The translations under genes and the position numbers were made by a program. A DNA stretch of 36,613 bases. It comes from a virus (lineage: Duplodnaviria > Caudoviricetes). The DNA is taken from positions 1 through 36,613 of IMG/VR virus record IMGVR_UViG_3300018080_000359; one strand, written 5' to 3'. Below, piece after piece: positions 1-8,097 of this stretch (positions within the stretch are counted from its first letter, which is position 1; each line of letters begins with the position of its first letter). The notes beneath the pieces were generated by a model. It did not search any database. It worked only from the letters and a program-made list of their open reading frames with translations, and was not told where the DNA came from.

Positions 1-30
1 CCACTCTAGAGGAAAAGTGAAACTGTCGGC

Positions 31-58
31 ATTATCCATAGTATCGCCCCTACGTCAA
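31..58 (-). promoter_or_regulatory. Possible leftward sigma70-like promoter
   Basis: Minus strand reads TTGACG-N16-GATAAT pointing out of the window; spacer is short and the target gene is not visible. Confidence 0.3.
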
Positions 59-101
59 GCCTAATCCATGCAAAATCGGCAAAGTTTATTAAATAACTTA
101 T

Positions 102-327
102 CACACCCCTCTTTTGGTGTTTCTGTACACTTATACCAACGAGTGGCAACACACCCCTCTGCCATTGTGTGTACCACGCTACGCCACACCCCCCACCCTC
201 TCCGGTAGTACCACCAATGAGGGCTTGGGGTTACCCCCACCCACCCAGTGTGTACCACGTTTGGGTTCGATAGGCCCCCCGTTTTTAGTACTCATTTTTA
301 GGGGTGTCATACCCCCCATCTGGGGGG
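102..327. repeat. Non-coding C-rich segment with short direct and inverted repeats
   Basis: CACACCCCTCT at 102-112 and 150-160; GTGTGTACCACG at 167-178 and 248-259; GGGG-TTA-CCCC at 227-237; CCCCCCA-TC-TGGGGGG at 312-327. Confidence 0.7.
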
Positions 328-385
328 CACGGCCTTCAAAAACAGCCAGCAAACTTTTCAAAATCATAAAAACCCACCGTTGTAT

Positions 386-1807
386 TTATGAAACGACCAC
401 TTTATTACGTCTTCTAACAGCATAAATAGTTGGTGGCGTAACGTTATATTTTTGTGCCAACGTTTTTGCTGATTCTTTAGATTGTACAATGTGTGCTATA
501 TCTTCTGCTGTTAGTTTATTGGGTATCGCTGGAGGTGTGCGAATTGCTTCTTCTGCCTCCCATCCGTCACTTAATCGTGTCAAAAGCGTGCTTTTTGAAC
601 ATGAACATCTGTCATCTTTCACCCACTCAACAACATATTTTGTTTCACCAAATGCTTTTACTAATTTTCCAGATGGTTTCTGTGGTTTTCTACGGTACGG
701 CGCAGCAATAGCTTCGCGTATGTCTATGCCATCTTTTATACGTTTACGTAATCTACTTTCAGAGCATTGGCATTGAGGTAGCTGCGCAATCTGAGATATA
801 GTTAAATGTTGATTGTCTACATCATATATTTGTGGTTCGTTGCCATTATTGTGACTACATGACATTTTTAATTCTATAATATCTGGTCTAAAGTCTTTGA
901 GTAACCTGTATATTGTTCCGTTGTTACAATTGTATTTATTTGCTATTTCTTGGTATGTATGGTTATTAAGTCTCATTGCGATTATATCTTCTAAGTACGG
1001 CAAAAGCCTACGTTTCTGCGATGGTCCTATGGAATCCCAATAGTCTTTAGAATTTTGTGAATACGACCCAGTTTCTAAGTGGTGTGGATTGCAACAAAGT
1101 TTATTGTTGCACTTGTGTCTAATCAATTGCCCTCGAATATCTTCATTATAGTATGATGCATATGCTACTCTATGAGCAGTATAGTATTTATTTTCACTGC
1201 GAAATTGTCCGTATCCACTACTATTAGTACCACCTTGCCACTGCCAACAATCGCATGGTTTACCAGTAGCTATTTTGTCCCACACCATATCTTTAATTGG
1301 CTTGGGAATTCTATTAAATCCTGGATTTTTATTATATGTACGTGGCATTTTTAAGAGTTCATGTTCATGTGTGAGTAAATCGTCTTCAGCACATTTAATG
1401 AATAGAGCAGCCTGAAATTTATACTGCATATTCCAATCTTCTTGTAAGTCAGTGTTATAATGTGTACCATTATTTAAGGACAGTATGTGATTATATAGTC
1501 TGTTGCCAATATTTATACTGCTTCCAATATACCATTTATCTGTGTCAATACAATAAATACCATATACTCCGGCGACACTATTTAATATATGTATATCGCA
1601 CAGTGGCAATACATGATTAGGCTTACGCAACCCCAATTTTTTTGCCATAGTTCTGATTGCGCTGTATGATTTATTTAACAAGGAGCATAATTCTTTCTTT
1701 GTGTGGTTATGATAGCTAGTATATAATACATGAAGCTCTTCGTTGTTCCATTTAGCGCTTCGGTCTTTTCTTTTTGTTTTATCTTTGGCTCCTTTTGGCC
1801 TACTCAT
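386..1807 (-). CDS. Homing-endonuclease-like protein with GIY-YIG and HNH domains plus several HTH-like modules
   Basis: GVYGIY...WYIGSS...NRL...H...E...YN (aa ~78-160); CWQWQG...GYG...AHRVAY...HKCNNKLCCNPHHLETGSYSQNSKD (aa ~185-255); YQEIANKYNC and KTLAQKYNVTPPTI HTH-like segments. Confidence 0.88.
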   Translation of the reverse strand: MSRPKGAKDKTKRKDRSAKWNNEELHVLYTSYHNHTKKELCSLLNKSYSAIRTMAKKLGLRKPNHVLPLCDIHILNSVAGVYGIYCIDTDKWYIGSSINIGNRLYNHILSLNNGTHYNTDLQEDWNMQYKFQAALFIKCAEDDLLTHEHELLKMPRTYNKNPGFNRIPKPIKDMVWDKIATGKPCDCWQWQGGTNSSGYGQFRSENKYYTAHRVAYASYYNEDIRGQLIRHKCNNKLCCNPHHLETGSYSQNSKDYWDSIGPSQKRRLLPYLEDIIAMRLNNHTYQEIANKYNCNNGTIYRLLKDFRPDIIELKMSCSHNNGNEPQIYDVDNQHLTISQIAQLPQCQCSESRLRKRIKDGIDIREAIAAPYRRKPQKPSGKLVKAFGETKYVVEWVKDDRCSCSKSTLLTRLSDGWEAEEAIRTPPAIPNKLTAEDIAHIVQSKESAKTLAQKYNVTPPTIYAVRRRNKVVVS

Positions 1808-2099
1808 GTTGGTGTTCTCCTCTCGCCCACTCAGGCTTTGTGTACTCTTCGCTACGACTTGTCGCCAATGTACCTATTTCATCTGTCATTTCATGCTCTT
1901 GTATGTCGTACAGCGTTCGTCTCACTTCGTCAACTATCTGCATGAGCGTAAGCTCTGTGTCAATGGCTTCGCCCCGCCCCATTTTGACAAGCGCATCTTC
2001 CGCAACACTCCTGCAACGACTCAGCCCCAAGTGCATCATGGTTACGTCTACACTTAGGAGACCGCCGTTTGGATTCTTTATAACTCTAGGCTCTGGCAT
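1800..2099 (-). CDS. Hypothetical protein
   Basis: 99-aa ORF overlapping both neighbours, AAGGAAGG upstream. Confidence 0.7.
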   Translation of the reverse strand: MPEPRVIKNPNGGLLSVDVTMMHLGLSRCRSVAEDALVKMGRGEAIDTELTLMQIVDEVRRTLYDIQEHEMTDEIGTLATSRSEEYTKPEWARGEHQHE

Positions 2100-2320
2100 T
2101 ACTTACCTTCCTTGCTTACTGGTTCATTATCGATTAACTTACAAACTCCGCGCCCATGTGCTTTGCGCAACCCCATTTTTTGTCTTTTTTTTCTCCAGGC
2201 GTAAACTGAAATGAAACGACCACTTATTTCACTTAGTGCTGCCGCACCGGCCTTATCTGTGAGTTTATGGGCGTTCTCCCTTATGAATTGTTCTTCAACA
2301 TTATTCCATACAACATTCAT
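2099..2320 (-). CDS. Small Myb/HTH-like DNA-binding protein
   Basis: AGGAGAG RBS; WNNVEEQFIREN...RKKRQKMGLRK resembles the N-terminal module of 386..1807. Confidence 0.75.
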   Translation of the reverse strand: MNVVWNNVEEQFIRENAHKLTDKAGAAALSEISGRFISVYAWRKKRQKMGLRKAHGRGVCKLIDNEPVSKEGK

Positions 2321-2333
2321 TTTTTCTCTCCTA

Positions 2334-2363
2334 TTGACAAATATAGTTGTTTCACGGTATAAT
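2334..2363 (+). promoter_or_regulatory. Consensus sigma70-type promoter
   Basis: TTGACA (2334-2339)-N18-TATAAT (2358-2363) in the divergent intergenic gap upstream of the plus-strand arm. Confidence 0.8.
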
Positions 2364-2400
2364 AAAGTGGCCGACCGTTTTTTTAACCAAGGAGATTATT

Positions 2401-2550
2401 ATGAGCGAACAACCACTTATTCCTTCCCTATTATACACGGAAGGTTCCGCAGATGTCAAGAAGAGTGTGGAAGATGACCTAAAAGTTCCCGACCCTGATG
2501 CAAAGGTCGCAGAGGCAGCTATTGAGAAGGCTAAGCAAGAGAGCAGTTAA
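2401..2550 (+). CDS. Small acidic hypothetical protein (49 aa, MSEQPLIP...)
   Basis: AAGGAG RBS before ATG 2401; start moved from the track's 2347, which lies inside the promoter. Confidence 0.7.
   Translation: MSEQPLIPSLLYTEGSADVKKSVEDDLKVPDPDAKVAEAAIEKAKQESS
2430..2438 (-). promoter_or_regulatory. GTGTATAAT motif facing the minus-strand operon
   Basis: Plus strand ATTATACAC is GTGTATAAT on the minus strand, about 110 bp upstream of the 2320 start. Confidence 0.45.
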
Positions 2551-2563
2551 GTGAGAGATTAAG

Positions 2564-3205
2564 ATGCACATACCTGAAGGCTATACTGAAGAACAGGTTT
2601 TGACCTCTTTGGAGAACGCGCTGGATACCGTTGCTCCCTCCTTCCCCTTTGGTTACTTTGAGGAAGAAGACATAAGACAAGAAGGATTCCTAGAAGCACT
2701 ACAAATACTACCCAAGTACGACCCAAAGCATAAGTCCTCATGTTCGTTGCAGAGCTTCTTGATTACCGCGCTGCGCCGACGCTTCATTAACCTGCACCGC
2801 AATAAGTTGTATAGGAACACACCTCCTTGCTTAACGTGTTCATTGTTTGACAAAGGCGCGCGAGAATGTACGGTGTATGAAGAAGATAATAAAGAAGAGT
2901 GCAGTAAATGGCTAGGATGGTATAATAGGAATCAAGCTAAGCGTAGTCTTATGGAGTCGTGTGATAGTTCAAAAGTGACACATATGATGCATGGAGAAAA
3001 TACAGATGTTTGTACACAGTTATCAACTGCTGAACTCATGCAGTACGTTTCTAGTAAAATATCATTGGCTAATAGAGCCGACTACTGCCGTTTTATTGAG
3101 GGGGCTCGCTTGAGCAAACAAAGGCGGGAAGCAGTTGTAGATGAAGTACGTAAAATTGTAGGAGAACTTACAAATGGCGAGTTTGAAACGTGGCAAAGCG
3201 AGTAG
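2564..3205 (+). CDS. Phage sigma70-family factor (region 2) with a Cys4 insert
   Basis: EEEDIRQEGFLEALQILPKYDP...SLQSFLITALRRRFINLHR resembles sigma region 2; followed by C-x2-C-x9-C-x10-C. Confidence 0.75.
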   Translation: MHIPEGYTEEQVLTSLENALDTVAPSFPFGYFEEEDIRQEGFLEALQILPKYDPKHKSSCSLQSFLITALRRRFINLHRNKLYRNTPPCLTCSLFDKGARECTVYEEDNKEECSKWLGWYNRNQAKRSLMESCDSSKVTHMMHGENTDVCTQLSTAELMQYVSSKISLANRADYCRFIEGARLSKQRREAVVDEVRKIVGELTNGEFETWQSE

Positions 3206-3995
3206 GACCGAACTTGAGTATATTGCTGCAAATACTCATAGGCCAGTTAAAGAAGTTGCGGAAGAATTAAAGCGAAGCGTAGCTTTTGTGCGTAAGCACA
3301 CAGAGGCTACCCCTGAGCGTCAGAGCATTGAGGAGCGCTCTGATTGGGTCTCACGACTTGAAGCCTCCTCTTTTTGGGGCGAAGTCCGAAAGGGGCTTAT
3401 GGGTGGTGAGATTGAATATTTCAAACAAGCATGGGCATCTTATATTGCACAGTATAGCTCCTCAGATATCTTGGCCACAGACGAATTGATGATTAAAGAC
3501 CTGTGTATGCTTGACATCCTGTGTCAACGCGCTCTTAATGATAATGCCAATGTTACACGTCGTATTTCTGAGCTAGAACGTCTGATTCAAATTGAGCAAG
3601 ACAAAGACCCAGATGTGAGAGACCAAATGGAGCTTGCCTCGTGGAGAAATGAATTAACTCCACTGATGGCAGCTAAGCCAACTCTCAGTAAAGAACACAG
3701 AGAATATCAACAGAGAAAAGATGCTAAGTTGCGTGACCTTAAAGGTTCTCGTGAGCAGCGTTTCAAACAAATCGAAGAGAGGAAAGGTAATTTCTTTGAA
3801 CTCGTAAAAGAGTTGGATACAGAAAAAAAACGTAGACAAGAAGGTCGCTTAAACGCCAAAGTGCAAATGGCTGCTGAACTTGTAACCGATGATTGGAATA
3901 ACGTGATAGAGTTTGAGGATGGTACTTTAGATAAACCTTTATTATCCCCAGAAGGAGAATTGAAAGATGCGAGACTTCAGAATGAACAAAAATAA
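3174..3995 (+). CDS. Probable terminase small subunit or HTH/coiled-coil protein
   Basis: N-terminal HTH-like VKEVAEELKRSVAFVRKH, long helical/coiled-coil body, position upstream of TerL; function inferred. Confidence 0.5.
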   Translation: MASLKRGKASRTELEYIAANTHRPVKEVAEELKRSVAFVRKHTEATPERQSIEERSDWVSRLEASSFWGEVRKGLMGGEIEYFKQAWASYIAQYSSSDILATDELMIKDLCMLDILCQRALNDNANVTRRISELERLIQIEQDKDPDVRDQMELASWRNELTPLMAAKPTLSKEHREYQQRKDAKLRDLKGSREQRFKQIEERKGNFFELVKELDTEKKRRQEGRLNAKVQMAAELVTDDWNNVIEFEDGTLDKPLLSPEGELKDARLQNEQK

Positions 3996-4410
3996 GCCAC
4001 TTGGCTCTAAGAACCTGACAACTATTGCTGGCTTTAGTCAGAAAAGAGAGTCTGAGCCTGAGCCTACACCTGAGCCTGTGCCTGTACCAGAACCAATTAT
4101 TGAAAAGGTGGAAGTGGTCGAATATGTAGATGCAAGACCTGTGGCTGAACAACTTGGTTCTCTTATTAAGCCAGTTGATGATAAACTTCCAGAAGAGAGC
4201 AAGGAACTACCACCACCAATGACTGAGGATGAAATCGACAAGGCTGTTGAGGAAGCTAAAGCTACACCTAAACTAAGCACCAAAAAGAAAAAGAAGAGTA
4301 AAGGTGATGGAGTTAAAAAAGCAGGAATTGAAGCTAAGCTTGGTGAGGAAACTACAGTAACCATTGGAGAGGATAAAGAAGATGACAGCGAGAACGAAGA
4401 GTCCAAATAA
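3982..4410 (+). CDS. Pro/Glu/Lys-rich low-complexity hypothetical protein
   Basis: EPEPTPEPVPVPEP and KKKKKSK tracts; overlaps both neighbours; start 3982 or 3967. Confidence 0.7.
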   Translation: MNKNKPLGSKNLTTIAGFSQKRESEPEPTPEPVPVPEPIIEKVEVVEYVDARPVAEQLGSLIKPVDDKLPEESKELPPPMTEDEIDKAVEEAKATPKLSTKKKKKSKGDGVKKAGIEAKLGEETTVTIGEDKEDDSENEESK

Positions 4411-5464
4411 GTCAGCCATTGTTATAGGCGTGACAGGACAAGATGGTTCATACTTGTCTGAATACCTACTTGATGAAGGATATGACGTAGTTGGGGTGAA
4501 GAGACGCACGAGTACAGATAACACCTGTAATTTACTGAGCGTTCTTGATAATGAGCGATTTCATCTCGTCGAGGGTGATATTGTTGATTATGCTTCTGTG
4601 TCTGGTATATTCTCACACGCAACATCTGAATTTGGTGGCGCGCCACATGAAGTATATAACTTGGCGGCGCAAAGCCATGTTGGTACTAGCTTCCAACAAC
4701 CTTTAGCAACATGGGATAGCACTGCAAGTGGTGTTATAAATATTCTTGAGGTAATGCGTCAAGAGAATTATATTGACACTACACGCTTTTATCAAGCATC
4801 TACTAGTGAGATGTTTGGTGATAACTATGAGGAGTGCAACGGTGAAAAAATCCAAACAGAAAATACTCGCTTTAATCCTCGCAGTCCGTATGCTGTCGCA
4901 AAGGTTGCGGCACACAACTCTGTGAGTTTATATAGGGATGCCTATGGGCTGTTCGGTTGTTGTGGAATTTTATTCAATCATGAGAGTCCACGGCGTGGTG
5001 AACATTTTGTAACTAGAAAAGTTACGAAATATGTAGGTCGTTTGTATCAAGCCTTGAAGCGCGGAGAGTCAATTGAGAAGCTTGGTCTTGGAGACCTGGA
5101 TATTAGACGAGATTGGGGACACGCAGTAGATTACGTGCGCGCAATGCATATGATGTTACAGCACGACGAACCAGATGACTATATTGTATCTACTGGTACG
5201 TCTTATAGTATTCACGACCTATGTCGTGTTGCATTTAGTGCTATTGGACAAGACTACAAAGACTGGGTTTATACTGACCCGCAATTTGTGCGTCCAGCAG
5301 AAGTGCCGCACTTACAGGGCGTATGTGATAAAGCACACAATGTGCTTGGCTGGGAACCTCAAATAACTTTTAGTGAGCTTATAGAAGGAATGGTTCTTAA
5401 TGATATCGTATCAGCCGGTCAACCATGGACTTTATTAGAAGAAGCAAAACGAGAGCTGTCATGA
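4382..5464 (+). CDS. gmd: GDP-mannose 4,6-dehydratase
   Basis: GVTGQDGSYL, NLAAQSHV, QASTSEMFG, PRSPYAVAK (YxxxK), LFNHESPRRG and RDWGHAVDYV motifs; ATG start at 4382. Confidence 0.96.
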   Translation: MTARTKSPNKSAIVIGVTGQDGSYLSEYLLDEGYDVVGVKRRTSTDNTCNLLSVLDNERFHLVEGDIVDYASVSGIFSHATSEFGGAPHEVYNLAAQSHVGTSFQQPLATWDSTASGVINILEVMRQENYIDTTRFYQASTSEMFGDNYEECNGEKIQTENTRFNPRSPYAVAKVAAHNSVSLYRDAYGLFGCCGILFNHESPRRGEHFVTRKVTKYVGRLYQALKRGESIEKLGLGDLDIRRDWGHAVDYVRAMHMMLQHDEPDDYIVSTGTSYSIHDLCRVAFSAIGQDYKDWVYTDPQFVRPAEVPHLQGVCDKAHNVLGWEPQITFSELIEGMVLNDIVSAGQPWTLLEEAKRELS

Positions 5465-5943
5465 AATACGTAGTTATTAGAGATACGCGCGAAAAAGAAG
5501 GACATGGTTGGTCATGGAGAAAGTCTAAGTATTGTGATGGGACAGTCTCACGCAAGCTTGACACTGGTGACTATACGTTGGAAGGAATGGAAAACTATCT
5601 TACGATTGACCGTAAAGGTAGTATTGCTGAATGGGCAAAGAATGTAACAGAGGCTCGTTTTGAGCGAGAGCTTGAGCGTCTGGATGCCATACAACATCCA
5701 TGGATTCTATTAGAATTTAACATGAACGATGTTTTGAATTATCCAGTTGGTTCTGGTATACCTAAGTACAAGTGGAAGTACTTAAAGTTTAGAGGCCCAT
5801 TCATCTTAAAGAAAATGACAGAAATGACTATGAGACACAGAGCACGTATAGTGTTGTGTGGTGGTAGTGGTAAAGAAGTAGCCTCCAACATTTTTAAGAG
5901 AACAATCGAACATGCCAACGCAAACTCTGCCAAATCCAAATAA
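5461..5943 (+). CDS. ERCC4 (XPF/Mus81-type) nuclease domain protein
   Basis: DTREK...LDTGDYTL...IDRKGS...RFERELERL pattern; ATGA overlap with the gmd stop. Confidence 0.85.
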   Translation: MKYVVIRDTREKEGHGWSWRKSKYCDGTVSRKLDTGDYTLEGMENYLTIDRKGSIAEWAKNVTEARFERELERLDAIQHPWILLEFNMNDVLNYPVGSGIPKYKWKYLKFRGPFILKKMTEMTMRHRARIVLCGGSGKEVASNIFKRTIEHANANSAKSK

Positions 5944-8038
5944 AAATAAAATCTGGACTCCAGATGAAATCAACTTGATGGTTCAGAATAAGTATCTGGG
6001 GCTTCCAGAAGACTTTGATGAATCTACGGCCTTGGCTAGAAATATGTTGATGGATATGGGCAACAGTTCATATTTCAAAGAGACGTATTCAGATGATGGT
6101 CCTGTATATGAAATATTGGACTTCATGTCGCGTCCAGAAAACTTCTACTATACATGTAAGTGGCTATTCAATATTCACTTGATGCCGTTTCAAGTAGCTA
6201 TTCTTCAAGAACTGTGGAATAGAAAATTCCCCATGTTAATTGCTACTCGTGGTGGTGGCAAGACATGGATTCTTTCTTTATACGCCATGCTACGTGCCGT
6301 ATTCCATCAGGGCTGTAAGGTCGTAGTGGTTGGTGCTGCTTTCCGTCAATCTAAGCTCCTGTTTGAATATATGGAGCAGTTCTGGCGTGGCGCTCCAATT
6401 CTACGTCACATGGTCGGTGATGGTAAACATCAAGGTCCAAAACGTGACGTAGACCGTTGCAACTTCTATATTGGTAGTAGTGAGATTATTGCTATTCCAC
6501 TTGGTGATGGTACAAAGATTCGTGGTTTGCGTGCCAACTATACTATTGCTGACGAGTTTGCATCTATTCCTCTGGAAATCTTTGAAGTTGTTATTAAAGG
6601 TTTTGCTTCTGTAAGTGCTAGTCCAGCAAAGCGAGCAGAAGACATGGCAAATATTGAAGTGCTTAAATCCTTGGGTATGTATGCAGAGGCTGACGAAGTT
6701 GATATTGGTTTTGGTAACCAAACGGTTGTTAGTGGTACTGCCTACTATTCTTTTAATCACTTCTATGATTATTGGAAGAGATACAAAGCCATTATTGAAA
6801 CTCGTGGAGATGAACACAAGCTAGAAGAAATTTTCCGTGGTGAAGTTCCAGAAGGATTTGATTGGACGCAGTTTAGTGTCTTTCGTGTTCCATGGGTTAA
6901 GCTTCCAAAGGGTTTCATGGATGAGACACAAGTACACCAAGCTAAAGCTACTGTTCACAGCGCCATTTACCAGATGGAATATGGAGCATGTTTTGCTACT
7001 GATAGTGATGGCTTCTTTAAGCGCTCGTTAATTGAATCATGCGTGTGTAATAATCCAATTGAATTAGCTAGCGGACCAGTCAGATATTCAGCAACGATTC
7101 GTGGTAATCCCAATGCCGAGTATGTTTATGGAATTGACCCCGCTTCTGAAAATGACAATTTTGCTATTGTAATTTTAGAGAAGCATGATGACCATGCACG
7201 CATTGTCTACTCATGGTCTATTAATAGACAGGAATTGAGAGAGCGAGTTAAGAACAAGGGGAAGGTTGAAAACAAATCCTTCTATTCTTATTGTGCTCGT
7301 AAGATTCGTGACCTTATGAGAATATTCCCAACACAACATATTGGTATTGATGCTCAGGGTGGTGGTGTGGCTATCGCGGAAGCCCTACGAGATGAGGCTG
7401 AGTGTGATAGTGGCGTTGGAGAAAAATTGTTGTGGCCGTGGATTAAGCAAGGAGATGATGATGTCTTTTGGTGGGAAAAACCAGATAAGCCCACAGACGG
7501 CGAGCCTGGACTTCACATCTTGCACTTGGTTCAGTTTGCCGACGCTAAATTTACTTCGGAGGCAAATCATGGTATGAGGAAGGACTTTGAAAGTAAAGTT
7601 ACTCTCTTCCCTTATTTTGACCCAGCAACAATCAGTGAAGCTATTTCATTAGATAAAATTCACAATAGAGACTATGATACACTAGAAGATTGTGTAATGG
7701 AAATAGAAGAGTTGAAAGATGAGCTTGCAACAATTATACATACACAAAGTATGGGTGGTAGAGATAAGTGGGATACTCCCGAAGTTAAACTGCCAGGAAA
7801 TAAGAAAGGTCGCCTGAGAAAAGACAGGTATTCTGCCTTGCTTATCGCCAATATGCTTTGTCGCGTTATGGACAATCGACTTCCAGGAATTCAACATCAA
7901 TTTGTTGGTGGGTTTGTTGGACAAAGAAAAGCGGTCGGGGCCGCAGGTGGTCAAATGTATGTTGGCCCAGACCATATTGTGTCTAAAATGAACACTCCTG
8001 TCTACGGTAAGGGACTTATTAAGGGACGTGGTGTATAA
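5912..8038 (+). CDS. terL: Terminase large subunit
   Basis: Walker A ATRGGGKT, Walker B YTIADEFAS, coupling motif VVSGT, RNase H-like nuclease YGIDPAS...IGIDAQGGG...KDRYSA. Confidence 0.95.
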   Translation: MPTQTLPNPNKNKIWTPDEINLMVQNKYLGLPEDFDESTALARNMLMDMGNSSYFKETYSDDGPVYEILDFMSRPENFYYTCKWLFNIHLMPFQVAILQELWNRKFPMLIATRGGGKTWILSLYAMLRAVFHQGCKVVVVGAAFRQSKLLFEYMEQFWRGAPILRHMVGDGKHQGPKRDVDRCNFYIGSSEIIAIPLGDGTKIRGLRANYTIADEFASIPLEIFEVVIKGFASVSASPAKRAEDMANIEVLKSLGMYAEADEVDIGFGNQTVVSGTAYYSFNHFYDYWKRYKAIIETRGDEHKLEEIFRGEVPEGFDWTQFSVFRVPWVKLPKGFMDETQVHQAKATVHSAIYQMEYGACFATDSDGFFKRSLIESCVCNNPIELASGPVRYSATIRGNPNAEYVYGIDPASENDNFAIVILEKHDDHARIVYSWSINRQELRERVKNKGKVENKSFYSYCARKIRDLMRIFPTQHIGIDAQGGGVAIAEALRDEAECDSGVGEKLLWPWIKQGDDDVFWWEKPDKPTDGEPGLHILHLVQFADAKFTSEANHGMRKDFESKVTLFPYFDPATISEAISLDKIHNRDYDTLEDCVMEIEELKDELATIIHTQSMGGRDKWDTPEVKLPGNKKGRLRKDRYSALLIANMLCRVMDNRLPGIQHQFVGGFVGQRKAVGAAGGQMYVGPDHIVSKMNTPVYGKGLIKGRGV

Positions 8039-8039
8039 T
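8028..8039 (+). promoter_or_regulatory. Putative late promoter GTGGTGTATAAT
   Basis: Recurring motif overlapping the terL stop, about 60 bp upstream of the portal gene. Confidence 0.7.
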
Positions 8040-8097
8040 CTAAGTAGAGGAAATACATTCCTATTACAATTCAATTGAATAGACGGAGAGATAGATA

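Noticed and set aside
102-260. Mini CRISPR array
   Set aside because: Repeats are only 11-12 bp, of two different types, irregularly spaced, and no cas genes are present
61-425. Short ORFs 61..258, 114..425 and 179..367
   Set aside because: No clear RBS, non-ATG starts, products reflect C/G runs; the region is better read as non-coding
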